Below, piece by piece: positions 10,909 through 21,760 of a DNA stretch of 64,000 bases; the stretch's first letter is position 1; each line of letters starts with the position of its first letter. The translations under genes and the position numbers were made by a program. Source of the stretch: an uncultured Alphaproteobacteria bacterium (GTDB taxonomy: Bacteria > Pseudomonadota > Alphaproteobacteria > HIMB59); contig CACNLH010000007.1 of the NCBI GenBank assembly GCA_902621205.1, forward strand, positions 7,381 to 71,380, in the 5' to 3' direction. The notes under the pieces are model-generated. The model had not been told where the DNA came from, searched no databases, and saw nothing but the letters and a program-made list of their open reading frames with translations.

Positions 10909-11965
10909 TAATACTTGAACGAAAATTTTCAAAATTGCTACTTTTTATCCCATCAAACATATTTTTTCTATAATTATGAAGTTTATCTTTATTTAATTTT
11001 AAAATTGTAAAAAAATTAAACATTTTAGTAGCGGTGAAATCGTTTTGAATAAACTCTTTTACAATTTCTTTATTATTAAAGATATTAACTAATGATAAGT
11101 ATTTAGATCTTACGAAAACTTTAAAAATAGAATAATTTATAATATTAGCTTTATAAAATATTAAGTGTGGTATATTTGAAAAACTTAGTTCTAAATGAAC
11201 AGTCCCTGAACAAGCAAAAGCAAAATCTAGTTTAGATATTTTTTTATAGTAATAATTATCATTTAAATGTATTTGTATATTCGAATTATCTTTGAAGTAG
11301 TTTTTTATATAATCATGGTATTCATTTGTAACAAAAAAATTAAAAACAAGATCATTATATTTTTTGAGATTCGAAAGTAATTTTTTGATAATAAGAATAT
11401 TTTTATTTATTTCTTGTTGTCTACTACCCAAAAAAATACCGATATTTTTGATTTCATTATAATCATTAGAATAGTAGATTTTGTTCTTTAAAGGATGACC
11501 AATATATTCATATATATCTGAGTTATAATAACTTTTTTCGATACTAAATATTGAAAAAATCTTATCAAAATTTCTATTAATAAATTTTGCTTTACTTGAC
11601 TTCCAGATAAATACTGATGGGCCTACAATTTGACAATATTTTATATTATTTGATTTAAATTTTTGAATATAAAATTTTGAAAAATCAAATGAATCTACAA
11701 AAAAAATATGAGTAAAAAAATGTGTATCAGCAATTTCTTTGATTTTAAGTCTGAGATTGAAAAGATATTTTAAATTACGAACTATATCTACTAATCCCAT
11801 AATTGGTGTAATCTTTATATTTGTTAAATCATTAAATTCTAAGTAGCTATTATTCATACCAAAAGTGAATATTTGATTTTTATTAATTTTAAAAAAATTA
11901 TCATCAAGTATTGATTTAAGAATTTGTCTTCCAGATTGTTCAAGCGTTATAAATAAAATCTTCAT
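10880..11965 (-). CDS. lpxB: Lipid-A-disaccharide synthase
   Basis: EQSG, MGLVDIV, DSFDF, GPSVFIW, GHP, GSR..EI, SGTVHLE; end of the lpx cluster. Confidence 0.88.
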   Translation of the reverse strand: MKILFITLEQSGRQILKSILDDNFFKINKNQIFTFGMNNSYLEFNDLTNIKITPIMGLVDIVRNLKYLFNLRLKIKEIADTHFFTHIFFVDSFDFSKFYIQKFKSNNIKYCQIVGPSVFIWKSSKAKFINRNFDKIFSIFSIEKSYYNSDIYEYIGHPLKNKIYYSNDYNEIKNIGIFLGSRQQEINKNILIIKKLLSNLKKYNDLVFNFFVTNEYHDYIKNYFKDNSNIQIHLNDNYYYKKISKLDFAFACSGTVHLELSFSNIPHLIFYKANIINYSIFKVFVRSKYLSLVNIFNNKEIVKEFIQNDFTATKMFNFFTILKLNKDKLHNYRKNMFDGIKSSNFENFRSSIIIDYLEKFS

Positions 11966-11966
11966 T

Positions 11967-12791
11967 TTATAATACAATAAGTGAAATATTATTAGCTCGT
12001 ATTTTTTTTAAAAAATTATCTTTATCCGAAATTAAAATATTATTATTAAACAAACAAATTAAACGAAATTTATATTTTATAAGTAACTTAACTGTTTCCA
12101 TACCTATTATGGGAAAATCAATTTCATCAATTTGATCTGATTTTTTAGATTTTACAAAAATTAAGTTATTAAATTTAGATTTAATCTTACCAATTTTATT
12201 GATCATATAGTTTGTACCAAATATATCTTCCATAGCTATAACTCTATCACCATTCAAAATAAATGATTGTGCTATATTCATTGAGAATATTTTTTTTAAA
12301 AAGGTTTTTTTAATTTTTAATTTACTAATTATTTTTTTATTTTCATTGTGAAGGTACCCATCTTGATAAGAAACTAGCATTTTTTTTAATATTTTTTTTT
12401 GAGAGAGAAGTGTTAGTTTATTATTAGATAAATAACTTTTTAAAATTTTAGACTGATCATTAATGTTATTAAGGAATATGTCCTTTGATATTAAAAGCTT
12501 TGATTTTATTGATAAATTTATCTTATCGATAGATGGAAGTTCAACATAACCTATAATCATAATTTTTTTTAATTTTTTAGACTTAATGAATGTTGTAATT
12601 TTTTCTATATCTTTGATTTTGAAAGACTTGCACTTATCCTTAAATTTTTTTTTTATAAGATTATTTTCATTAATTAAAATAACTTGATTTAATAAGTTTT
12701 TATTATTTAAAAAATTTGCAACTTCATAAACAAATAAACCTGAACCAGCTATAAGGCAGATATCATTTTTGGATGTGGCCAAGTTTTTCAT
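11967..12791 (-). CDS. lpxI: UDP-2,3-diacylglucosamine diphosphatase LpxI family
   Basis: LIAGSG, IAME..GT, K..K..Q....DFPIIG; lies between lpxA and lpxB. Confidence 0.8.
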   Translation of the reverse strand: MKNLATSKNDICLIAGSGLFVYEVANFLNNKNLLNQVILINENNLIKKKFKDKCKSFKIKDIEKITTFIKSKKLKKIMIIGYVELPSIDKINLSIKSKLLISKDIFLNNINDQSKILKSYLSNNKLTLLSQKKILKKMLVSYQDGYLHNENKKIISKLKIKKTFLKKIFSMNIAQSFILNGDRVIAMEDIFGTNYMINKIGKIKSKFNNLIFVKSKKSDQIDEIDFPIIGMETVKLLIKYKFRLICLFNNNILISDKDNFLKKIRANNISLIVL

Positions 12792-13521
12792 TCAAAATTG
12801 ATTTATATTCATAAAATATAGTCTCTACTTTATCATTAGTTGAAAGGTTTATTTTGTTGTTAATAAAACTATCGTGAATTGAGTAAATTTTCTTTATCTC
12901 ATCTTTATTGAAATTATTTCTTCTTATTCCAACTAAATTTAAACCTCTTAATTTTGCTCTATTACCTATAGCTAAGCTAAATGGTAATACATTTTTATCT
13001 ATCCCACTCATACCACCAATCATAGAGTATGAACCAATTGTTACAAATTGTATGACTGCAGATAATCCGCCTACAACAACATTATCTAATATATTCACAT
13101 GTCCACCAAGTGTGACTTGGTTTACAAAAATATTATTATTATTTATTTTACAATCATGTGCGATGTGTACCCCTGTCATAAAAAGATTATTATCTTTTAT
13201 GCTAGTTAACATTCCTCCATCTGTAGTGCCTTTGCTAATAGTAACATTTTCTCTAAATATATTAGAGTTTCCAATTTCTAAAAAACTATCTTCACCAGAA
13301 AATTTAAGATCTTGAGGATCACAACCAATATTTGAAAATGGATAAAAAGTATTATTTTTACCAATTGTAGTATTGCCTGATATTGATATGTGTGATTTTA
13401 ATTCAGTGTTATCTCCAATAGTAATATTACCGTCTAAGTTACAATAAGGACCAATTTTAACATTTTTACCTAGTTTAACTGATTTGCTTATTGAACTATT
13501 TGGGTGTATCAGGGACGTCAT
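12763..13521 (-). CDS. lpxA: UDP-N-acetylglucosamine O-acyltransferase
   Basis: Hexapeptide repeats, PQDLKF, HIAHDC, GLNLVGIRR. Confidence 0.95.
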   Translation of the reverse strand: MTSLIHPNSSISKSVKLGKNVKIGPYCNLDGNITIGDNTELKSHISISGNTTIGKNNTFYPFSNIGCDPQDLKFSGEDSFLEIGNSNIFRENVTISKGTTDGGMLTSIKDNNLFMTGVHIAHDCKINNNNIFVNQVTLGGHVNILDNVVVGGLSAVIQFVTIGSYSMIGGMSGIDKNVLPFSLAIGNRAKLRGLNLVGIRRNNFNKDEIKKIYSIHDSFINNKINLSTNDKVETIFYEYKSILNEKLGHIQK

Positions 13522-13942
13522 GAATCATCGCTGAGAATATACATTCAGCATGTATAACATCATTCACAAGGCATTTGCCTTCAAATTTGTAAACATTTTT
13601 AACTTTATTAAGACGATTTACTTTTAAATTTAACACATCACCAGGTATTATTGGTTTTCTAAATTTACATTTATCGATAGTCATAAAAGAAACACCTGGA
13701 TTTTTCATGGTATCTTTTAATTTCATAGCAACAGTAAAACAAGCTGCTTGTACTATTGCTTCAACAACAAGTACACCCGGCATTAAAGGCCTTCCAGGAA
13801 AATGACCCTGAAAAAAAGGTTCGTTTATAGTAACACATTTTATGGCATGAGCTGAAATATCAGGTTCAAAATCAATAATCCTATCAATAAGTAAAAAAGG
13901 ATATCTATGAGGTAAGATTTTTTGTATTTCGTTAATATCCAT
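13496..13942 (-). CDS. fabZ: 3-hydroxyacyl-ACP dehydratase
   Basis: LPHRYPFLLID, FFQGHFP, MPGVLVVEA. Confidence 0.97.
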   Translation of the reverse strand: MDINEIQKILPHRYPFLLIDRIIDFEPDISAHAIKCVTINEPFFQGHFPGRPLMPGVLVVEAIVQAACFTVAMKLKDTMKNPGVSFMTIDKCKFRKPIIPGDVLNLKVNRLNKVKNVYKFEGKCLVNDVIHAECIFSAMIHDVPDTPK

Positions 13943-14915
13943 TTTTTCTCTCTTTAATTATTTTTTTTTTCCATTCTTTTATATCAATGGCTGGGAAACC
14001 AGCAACAACTGAATTATCGTTAATGCTTTTAGTCACTCCGCTTTTTGCTGCAATAACAACATTGCTTCCAATATTGATGTGTCCAGCAAAACCAACTTGA
14101 CCTCCAATAGTTACATTTTCTCCAATCGTCACACTACCAGAAATACCAGTTTGTGCAGCAATACAAGCATTATTGCCAATAAAAACATTGTGAGCTATAT
14201 GTACCATATTATCAATCATTGAATTTTTACCAATATATGTTGGCTCAATTTTTCCTCTATCAATTGTACAAGAGGAGCCTATATGAACGTTTTCATCTAC
14301 TATTACAATACCGATTTGAGGATAAAGATTTGTCGAACCTCTATTGTTCATATTAAAACCAAATCCAGTAGTACCTATAGAGGTGTTGTCACAAATAACA
14401 ACATTGTCTTTAATTATTGAATTTTTAATAACTACATTATTTTTAATGACACAATTCTTTCCAATTTCTACGCCTTTGCCTATAACACAATTATTAAATA
14501 TGTTTGAAGAACTATCAATAGTAGCACTTTTTGAAATAAATGAATTATTTATATATTCAAATTCATCACTATAATTCAAGCTGTCTTCATGAGAAAAAAG
14601 ATAATTAATTATTTCGATAAAAGCATCATTTAATTTTTTGACAAGAATTATATTTTGAAATTCAATCATATTAAATAATTTTTGATCATTAGTAATTATA
14701 ATTAAATTATCTAATTGAGAATTAGTAAACTGTAAATCTTTATCTAAAAATAAAATTGAGTTTTCTCTGAAGGTTTTCAAAGATGATATTTCATTTATTT
14801 CAAAATTTGCTTTAATTCTTTGATTGATAAAATTATTCTTTATGATTTTTTTTAAATCATTTGATTTAACTGAATTTTGCTTTAAAAAAAAATTACTTCT
14901 ACTAAATTGTAGCAT
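13932..14915 (-). CDS. lpxD: UDP-3-O-acylglucosamine N-acyltransferase
   Basis: Hexapeptide repeats, GFGF, PQIG, IDRG, DNMVHIAHNV, GFPA. Confidence 0.94.
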   Translation of the reverse strand: MLQFSRSNFFLKQNSVKSNDLKKIIKNNFINQRIKANFEINEISSLKTFRENSILFLDKDLQFTNSQLDNLIIITNDQKLFNMIEFQNIILVKKLNDAFIEIINYLFSHEDSLNYSDEFEYINNSFISKSATIDSSSNIFNNCVIGKGVEIGKNCVIKNNVVIKNSIIKDNVVICDNTSIGTTGFGFNMNNRGSTNLYPQIGIVIVDENVHIGSSCTIDRGKIEPTYIGKNSMIDNMVHIAHNVFIGNNACIAAQTGISGSVTIGENVTIGGQVGFAGHINIGSNVVIAAKSGVTKSINDNSVVAGFPAIDIKEWKKKIIKERKNGY

Positions 14916-14920
14916 TTAAT

Positions 14921-17170
14921 TTAGAAAGATGTTCCTATTGTAAAATTAAATTCTCTAGTTTTGTCATCATTATTTTTTTCAATTGGTATAGCATATGAAA
15001 AGGAAACAGGGCCAATAGCTGTTAAAATATCAAATGAGATACCTACCGAAGATCTTAAATCAAGATCATTTTGATTGGTATAATCGCTATCCCATATAGA
15101 ACCCATTGTATAAAATAATTTAGTACTAATATTATCTTTGTCATCAAAAAGGAATGATCCACCAATACCTATAGTAGAGGTAAAAAATTTATTTCCACCA
15201 AGATAAATATTATCTACACTTGGTCCTATTCCTCGATAATCAAACCCTTTAAAATTAAGACCACCTAAGCTAAAAGCATTCAATGTTTTAAGTTTGTTAT
15301 CTAAAGACTCGGACACACCAATATCATTAGATAAAAAAACAAATCGGTTAGAATTTTTAAATTTTTGATATAAGTCACTTCTTACTAAAATTTTATAATA
15401 ATTATCATCAGATATTAAATTAGGTGAATATTCCAAATATAAGCTATTCAAGATACCGTTAGTTGGATAAAGAAAATCATCAGTTGTGTCATATCTAATT
15501 GAAAAATCGATGGTGTAGACGTCAAAATTACCAATATTATCAGTTACTGCTGATATGGTTTTTGTGGCAGAGTTTCTATCAGATCTTTTAAAACTAATAC
15601 CTGAGGAAATATCAATTTTTTCATCGTATTCAAAATTAAGAGAGTATGAAATACCCCTTTCCTCAGATTTAAAACCAAAAGAATTTTTTAAATCTTTTTC
15701 AGTATTAAAAATTGAATATTTATTATTAATTTTTGATGTAGCTAATGGATAGTGGGTTAAGGCTATGTCAAAAAAAGTATTCTCTTCATTGATCAAAAAA
15801 TTTGTATCCAAATTATTTCCAGATCCAAAAATATTGTTGTCTTTGATACCCAATTGTAATCCAGCACCTAAATCACCTGAAAAAGTACCTGCAGCCAATA
15901 TTTGTCCAGTTTTTTCATTTTCATCAATTTCAATATTAATATCAGATTTTGAATTATTGGTATCTTTAGAGATAGTTATACTGTTAATATATTTATACTT
16001 TAAAAGTTCTTTCTTAGAAATTTCTATATTATTTTCATTATAATAATCACCAGGTTGGAAATTAAGCTTAGACCTTATAGTTTCATCCTTTGTAATATTA
16101 TTTCCATAAATATTTATTGAATTTATTAATTCAATATCTACATCTGCATCGTAAATTTTTAGTGAATACTTATTATTCAAATTCTCTAATTTGGACCTAT
16201 AAATAAAATTAAAATTATTAGTCTTTATTAAAGAACTATTTAAATTAGAAATAAATTTATCAATTAATTCTTGATCATAAAATTCATTATTTTTAGACAA
16301 TTGCTTTTCAAAATCACTCTTATTATCAAAAATTAAATCTTCAAAATTCTTATATTTTAAATCAAAGAAAAGATCATTTATTTTAATTCTATCACCTTCA
16401 TCTATATAAAAAGTTAATAAATAAGAATTAGTGGATATATTAGAAATATTATAATTAACTTTTACATCAATGAATCCTTTGTTTCTGTAAAATGATTTGA
16501 TTTTATTCTTATCGAATACAAAAAAATCAGAGTTCATATTAGATCCAGAAGAAAAAATATTATAGAAACTAAGTGATTTAGTACCAATTAATGAAGATAA
16601 ATATTTGTCAGAATAAGATTTGTTACCAAAAAATTTAACTCTTTTAATCTTAATTTGATCACCTTCATTAATTGTATAAATTAAATTAACTCTCTCTTCT
16701 GAAAACTTTTCTGTTGAGGCAACAACACTAACATTATTATAACCCTTGGATTTATAAATATTTTTAATAAGATTTATATTTCTATTGATAGAGTCTTTAA
16801 CAATAAAAGAATTTTCTTTTATGCTAAGATTTTGAATAATAAAATCATCTTTAACTCTAATATTTCCGTTAATATATATATTTTCTATAAATTTATTTTC
16901 TTGTATGTCTAAATAGAAAAATTTGTCATCACTACTCAATTTTAAATCATAAATAAGATCTGATTTATAAAGATCTGTAATAACTTCGTTTATTTCTATT
17001 TCTGATAAGCTACTTTTTTTTAAGTTTATACTTGTAAGAGATTGAAGATCATTAATATTAAGTTTTGATAAACCTGTAATTTTTAGATTTTTTGCAAAAG
17101 AAAAATTAAATATTAAAGATACAAAAGTACAAAATAAAATTATTTGTAAAATATTATATCTCTTTATCAT
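14921..17170 (-). CDS. bamA: Outer-membrane protein assembly factor BamA
   Basis: POTRA-like repeats (I..GN), FKGFDYRGIGP, TAIGPVSFSYA, C-terminal F. Confidence 0.93.
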   Translation of the reverse strand: MIKRYNILQIILFCTFVSLIFNFSFAKNLKITGLSKLNINDLQSLTSINLKKSSLSEIEINEVITDLYKSDLIYDLKLSSDDKFFYLDIQENKFIENIYINGNIRVKDDFIIQNLSIKENSFIVKDSINRNINLIKNIYKSKGYNNVSVVASTEKFSEERVNLIYTINEGDQIKIKRVKFFGNKSYSDKYLSSLIGTKSLSFYNIFSSGSNMNSDFFVFDKNKIKSFYRNKGFIDVKVNYNISNISTNSYLLTFYIDEGDRIKINDLFFDLKYKNFEDLIFDNKSDFEKQLSKNNEFYDQELIDKFISNLNSSLIKTNNFNFIYRSKLENLNNKYSLKIYDADVDIELINSINIYGNNITKDETIRSKLNFQPGDYYNENNIEISKKELLKYKYINSITISKDTNNSKSDINIEIDENEKTGQILAAGTFSGDLGAGLQLGIKDNNIFGSGNNLDTNFLINEENTFFDIALTHYPLATSKINNKYSIFNTEKDLKNSFGFKSEERGISYSLNFEYDEKIDISSGISFKRSDRNSATKTISAVTDNIGNFDVYTIDFSIRYDTTDDFLYPTNGILNSLYLEYSPNLISDDNYYKILVRSDLYQKFKNSNRFVFLSNDIGVSESLDNKLKTLNAFSLGGLNFKGFDYRGIGPSVDNIYLGGNKFFTSTIGIGGSFLFDDKDNISTKLFYTMGSIWDSDYTNQNDLDLRSSVGISFDILTAIGPVSFSYAIPIEKNNDDKTREFNFTIGTSF

Positions 17171-18254
17171 ATTTATGTTTAATTGAATTAATAAAATTTA
17201 TAATATCATTAAAAGATTTAAAATTTGATTTAAATTTAGTTTTTTTTAAATTTATCATAATGTAATCAATAATATTGTTATACTTAATTTCAGATAACAA
17301 ATACTTTTTTTGAGCAATATTGTTAAGTATCATAAAAGATATTTGCTCTGAATGTGACAGATTCTTTAAAGTACTTATATACTTGTATATTTTAAATCTC
17401 TTATCGTTAAATTTCTCTAAATTTAATTTATAAGGATTTAAATAATTTTTTTTTAATGGTAATGATAAGTTGGGATAATAATCGTACAAAGGCTTAATTA
17501 AAGTTATAAGCATATTATTATCAAAACAGTTTATATTTATAACATTATCATTATTAATAATAACACTATGAATATAGGCTTCTGAAGAAATAAAAAAATC
17601 TATTTTATCTAAACCAATTTTATAAATAATTGAAAGTTCATATATTTCTAAAATTTTGTTAACAAAATTTGACGAGTCAATAGAGTTATTTACACCCATC
17701 TTCCACTTTGGGTGTGATAAAACATTTTTTAAATTAACTTTATTTAAATTTATTTCTTTATTATAGTAAAAAGGGCCACCTGATGCTGTAATATATATTT
17801 TTTTTATATTTTTATTTTCTACATTTGAATTAAGTATCGAAAAATGCTCAGAGTCTAAAGGTATTAATTTATTATTTGAACTCACTATCTTATCTATTAA
17901 TAAATTTCCACCAGCAATAATCATTTCTTTATTGGCAATTGCTATAATTGAATTATTATTTTTTTTTAAAAATATATCTGCATATATTATAGAATAACAT
18001 CCGAAATCTAAAAAATATATAATATCTATTAGATTTAGTTTTAAAAATTTTCTAAAATTATTTTCCTGAATATTATCACTTAACAAGAATGATTTTTTTA
18101 TATTGTATAAGTTTTTTTGTGAATTAAGTTTTTTTTTATTCTTATAACCTGTTATTGCAAATATTTTAAACTTCTTTTTAATACAAAAATTTAAAAAAGT
18201 AGATCCTAGTTTACCTGTTGATCCAATAATTAAAATTTTTGGTTGTGATTTCAT
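17154..18254 (-). CDS. dxr: 1-deoxy-D-xylulose-5-phosphate reductoisomerase (divergent)
   Basis: GSTG, ANKE, DSEH, TASGGPF, HPKWKMG..SIDS...NKILE. Confidence 0.9.
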   Translation of the reverse strand: MKSQPKILIIGSTGKLGSTFLNFCIKKKFKIFAITGYKNKKKLNSQKNLYNIKKSFLLSDNIQENNFRKFLKLNLIDIIYFLDFGCYSIIYADIFLKKNNNSIIAIANKEMIIAGGNLLIDKIVSSNNKLIPLDSEHFSILNSNVENKNIKKIYITASGGPFYYNKEINLNKVNLKNVLSHPKWKMGVNNSIDSSNFVNKILEIYELSIIYKIGLDKIDFFISSEAYIHSVIINNDNVININCFDNNMLITLIKPLYDYYPNLSLPLKKNYLNPYKLNLEKFNDKRFKIYKYISTLKNLSHSEQISFMILNNIAQKKYLLSEIKYNNIIDYIMINLKKTKFKSNFKSFNDIINFINSIKHKYDKEI

Positions 18255-18976
18255 AAGTAATTTAAAATAACTATAAAGAAAAACATACTATCTAGTCTAT
18301 CTAATACCCCACCATGTCCACCTAGAATACTAGAAAAATCTTTTAAATTATTTTTTCTTTTTACTAAAGAGAAAAAAATATCACCAAAAAATAAAGATAG
18401 AGACAATATAATAGATATATATAAGTCATATTCTAAAATAAATATTAATGCACAAGTCAAAAGAAATGAAATTAATGTGCCTGACCAAGTTTTATTTGGA
18501 CTTACTGAAGGAATAATTAGTGGTCCCTTTATTATCTTTCCAAATATATAGGCTACTGTATCATTAAAAAAAGATATAAAGAAAATAAAGAAAAATAATT
18601 CTCTAGATTTGAATAAAATAACAAAAAAATTATAACATAAGATTAAAATCGTAGTTAAAAAAAGATATTTTATATAAAAGGTAGGTTTAAAAATAATAAT
18701 TGCTACAAGAAATATTAAAAATAGATTAAAAAAATAAATTAAATCTTTATTAAAAAAAATAAAAGGAGAAATAATCAAAAATATTAATAAAATTACAAAA
18801 CTGTGCTTATTTTCAATAAAGTTAGATTTATATAAATCATAAATGGTTAAAATTATTACTAAAGATAAGACTAGGTAATCAAGCTTCAAAAAATAAGAAG
18901 CTATAAAAAATAATAATATTATTGCTCCAACAAGAGTTCTATTAACATCAAGTGCCAAATTTTCTATCAATTTCAT
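18251..18976 (-). CDS. cdsA: Phosphatidate cytidylyltransferase
   Basis: DTVAYIFG, SPNKTWSG, KDFS.ILGGHGGVLDRLDS; start uncertain. Confidence 0.93.
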   Translation of the reverse strand: MKLIENLALDVNRTLVGAIILLFFIASYFLKLDYLVLSLVIILTIYDLYKSNFIENKHSFVILLIFLIISPFIFFNKDLIYFFNLFLIFLVAIIIFKPTFYIKYLFLTTILILCYNFFVILFKSRELFFFIFFISFFNDTVAYIFGKIIKGPLIIPSVSPNKTWSGTLISFLLTCALIFILEYDLYISIILSLSLFFGDIFFSLVKRKNNLKDFSSILGGHGGVLDRLDSMFFFIVILNYL

Positions 18977-19619
18977 TAAACTGTTTTATGAATTTTTTAA
19001 TATCTGATTTTTTTAAGTCAGGCCAAAGAATTTTTGTAAAAAAAAATTCTGTAAATGAAACTTGATATAAAAAAAAATCACTTAATCGTCTAAAACCTCC
19101 TGTTCTAATAAGCATATCAGGATCAGGAATATTTGATGACTTTAAATGATATTTTAATTCTCCATGACTAATATTTGATTTCTTATAAAGCATTTTTGCA
19201 GCAGAAATAATGTCATCCTTACCACTATAATTTAAATAAATAATCAGTTTTTTCTTAAATTTTCTTTTAGATCTTTCAAGGTCTTTTAAATTCTGGACTA
19301 TTTTTTTTGGCAATATGTTTAGATTACCTCTAAAAATAATATTAAAATTATAAATATCTTTTTTCTTATTAAGCTCAAGAAAATCTACCAAAATATTTTG
19401 TATTATATTAATGATTGAAGTTCCTCTTTTTAAATTATGCTTAGATAGAGCAAAAGCAGATATGTAACTAATATTATAATTATCAAATATATATTTTGAT
19501 AAATCTAATAACTTTTTTGCACCACGTTTATAAGAGTCATACTTAGGATTATTATTTTTTTTTGACCATCTATTATTGCCATCCATAATAAAAGAAATAT
19601 GTTTAATTTTATTATTCAA
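18948..19619 (-). CDS. uppS: Undecaprenyl diphosphate synthase
   Basis: IMDGNNRW, NYSG, PDMLIRTGG.RRLSDF, RKFG. Confidence 0.94.
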   Translation of the reverse strand: MNNKIKHISFIMDGNNRWSKKNNNPKYDSYKRGAKKLLDLSKYIFDNYNISYISAFALSKHNLKRGTSIINIIQNILVDFLELNKKKDIYNFNIIFRGNLNILPKKIVQNLKDLERSKRKFKKKLIIYLNYSGKDDIISAAKMLYKKSNISHGELKYHLKSSNIPDPDMLIRTGGFRRLSDFFLYQVSFTEFFFTKILWPDLKKSDIKKFIKQFNEIDRKFGT

Positions 19620-19620
19620 T

Positions 19621-20173
19621 TTATACTTTTAATATTTCAGACTCTTTTGAGCTAGTTAGATTTTCAATTTCTTTGATTGAATTATCAGTAATTTTTTGAA
19701 CATCTTCCTGAAATTTTTTACTTTCATCTATTGATAATAGTTTTTTCTTTTTCAAAATTTTTTATTTCATCAAGATATTTTCTTCTTATATTTCTGATCG
19801 AAACTTTAAACTTTTCTGAAAATTCTGATACTATTTTTACTAATTCTTTTCTTCTTTCAGCTGTTAATTCTGGAAATTTTAGTAAAATATTACTACCATC
19901 TGTTTGTGGTGTTACACCCAAGTTTGAGTCTAATATTGATTTTTCAATTATTTTTAAAAGTGATATATCCCAAATATTAACACTTAGCGTCATATTATCT
20001 AGGTTATTAATATTCGAGAGTTGAGTTAGTGGCGTTTTTGAACCGTAACAATCAACAACTATAGTTTTGAGTATATCAGGAGAGACTCTTCCAGTCCTAA
20101 TATTTTTTAATTCATTAGAAAATGCATTTATACTTGAATTCATTTCTTCGGTACAATTTTCTTTGTTAAACAT
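19621..20173 (-). CDS. frr: Ribosome recycling factor (one +1 frameshift near 19741-19752, probably a sequencing error)
   Basis: IRTGR, PELTAERRKELVK. The C-terminus LLSIDESKKFQEDVQKITD...KESEILKV* continues in the +1 frame to a stop at 19621; span 553 nt = 184 codons + 1. Confidence 0.93.
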
Positions 20174-20883
20174 TATTTAGACTCTTTGATGATAGAATAC
20201 GATCCTTTACCTTCTACAATATCAATTATATTTGAGCTTTTCAAAATAGAGAAAATAATTATAGGTAGTGATCTATCTTTTGCTAAGCTAATTGCAGTTG
20301 CATCCATAACTTTTATTTCTTTATTTAAATAATCAGAATAAGAAATTTCAGAAATTTTTTTAGCATTAGTATTGTTCATGGGATCTTTATTATAAATACC
20401 ATCTACTTTTGTACCTTTAAAAATAACATCTGATTTCATCTCAGAGGCTCTTAGCACAGCAGCTGTGTCTGTAGAAAAAAAAGGGTTGCCTGTTCCAGAG
20501 GCAAATATTACAACACGATTTTTGTGTAAATGACTAGAGGCTTTATTTTTAATATAGGGTTCAGCAACCTTATTAATACTTATAGCTGTCATCACTCTTG
20601 AGTCTACTCCTATCTTTTGAAGATTAGATTGTAAGGCTAAAGAATTTATAACGGTGCCTAACATACCCATATAATCAGATGTGACTCTATCAACTACTCC
20701 ATTTGAAAAAGATGAACCTCTGATAAAATTTCCACCACCCAGAACAATGGAAATTTTTAAATTTTTAGATTGAAGTTTTTTTATACTATTTGAGAGGTCA
20801 TTTAGTATATCGAAATCAAAGCCTTGTTCATTCGATCCTGCCAAAGACTCTCCTGATATCTTTAGCATGATATTTTTATACAT
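20173..20883 (-). CDS. pyrH: UMP kinase
   Basis: LKISGESL, GGGNFIRG, DYMGMLGT, GNPFFSTD, VMDATA. Confidence 0.97.
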   Translation of the reverse strand: MYKNIMLKISGESLAGSNEQGFDFDILNDLSNSIKKLQSKNLKISIVLGGGNFIRGSSFSNGVVDRVTSDYMGMLGTVINSLALQSNLQKIGVDSRVMTAISINKVAEPYIKNKASSHLHKNRVVIFASGTGNPFFSTDTAAVLRASEMKSDVIFKGTKVDGIYNKDPMNNTNAKKISEISYSDYLNKEIKVMDATAISLAKDRSLPIIIFSILKSSNIIDIVEGKGSYSIIKESK

Positions 20884-20887
20884 ATTA

Positions 20888-21760
20888 TTAAATAGTATAT
20901 AAATCCATAGATGTAATGTTAAGGTTAATATTATTATTTTTTGAAATTTCACTTAAAAAAGTACTCACGCTTTTCTTTGGGTCTGTAATTAGAGCTTGTC
21001 CTAAGAGAGTATTTTCTTTAATGAATTTATTTAATTTTCCCTGAATGATCTGATCTTTCTTATCTTCTGGAACATTATTTAATTGTTTTATAATAATATC
21101 TTTTTCATCATCAATAATTTTTGGATTTATTGAATTTTTATCAATAGCTATTGGCTTCATTGCAGATATTTGCATTGCAATCACTTTAAGTTCATCAGCT
21201 AATTTTAAAGCAGAGTTTTGATTATCTGTTTTTATTTGAACTACGGATCCTATCTTAGAGCAATTTGAATTATATTTATTGTGAAGGTAACTTATGAAAA
21301 TAGAGTCTTTTGAATAATACTTTTTGTAATTAACAATTTGGATATTTTCTCCAATCTTAGAAATTAAATCTGTTAGATTGTCGTTTATGGATTTATCATT
21401 TATTGTTAATTCACTTAAATCTTCATAAGTTCCATTTTGATTTACACTTTTATTTTCATGAATAGATTTTGATAAATTTTCAGCAAATTTTAAAAAATCC
21501 TTATTTTTTGCAACAAAATCAGTTTCGCATTTAATTTTACACACAGTAAGATCAGTATTTGATGAAGTATTATAAAAAGAGACGACACCCTCGTTTGTCT
21601 CTCTGTCCTGTTTTTTTTGAGCTTTAAGAATACCTTTTTCTCTTAACCATTTCACTGAAGCATCAATATCATTATTGTTTTCAGATAAAGCTTTTTTACA
21701 ATCAACAATTCCACTACCTGTAATATCTCTAAGTTTTTTTATTAATTCCATACTACTCAT
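20888..21760 (-). CDS. tsf: Elongation factor Ts
   Basis: LRDITGSGIVDCKKAL, CETDFVAKN, KIGENI. Confidence 0.96.
   Translation of the reverse strand: MSSMELIKKLRDITGSGIVDCKKALSENNNDIDASVKWLREKGILKAQKKQDRETNEGVVSFYNTSSNTDLTVCKIKCETDFVAKNKDFLKFAENLSKSIHENKSVNQNGTYEDLSELTINDKSINDNLTDLISKIGENIQIVNYKKYYSKDSIFISYLHNKYNSNCSKIGSVVQIKTDNQNSALKLADELKVIAMQISAMKPIAIDKNSINPKIIDDEKDIIIKQLNNVPEDKKDQIIQGKLNKFIKENTLLGQALITDPKKSVSTFLSEISKNNNINLNITSMDLYTI

Noticed and set aside
17154-18254. dxr as a possible pseudogene because of its divergence
   Set aside because: The ORF is intact and the metal/substrate residues (DSE, H-P-x-W, S, NK, E) are kept.
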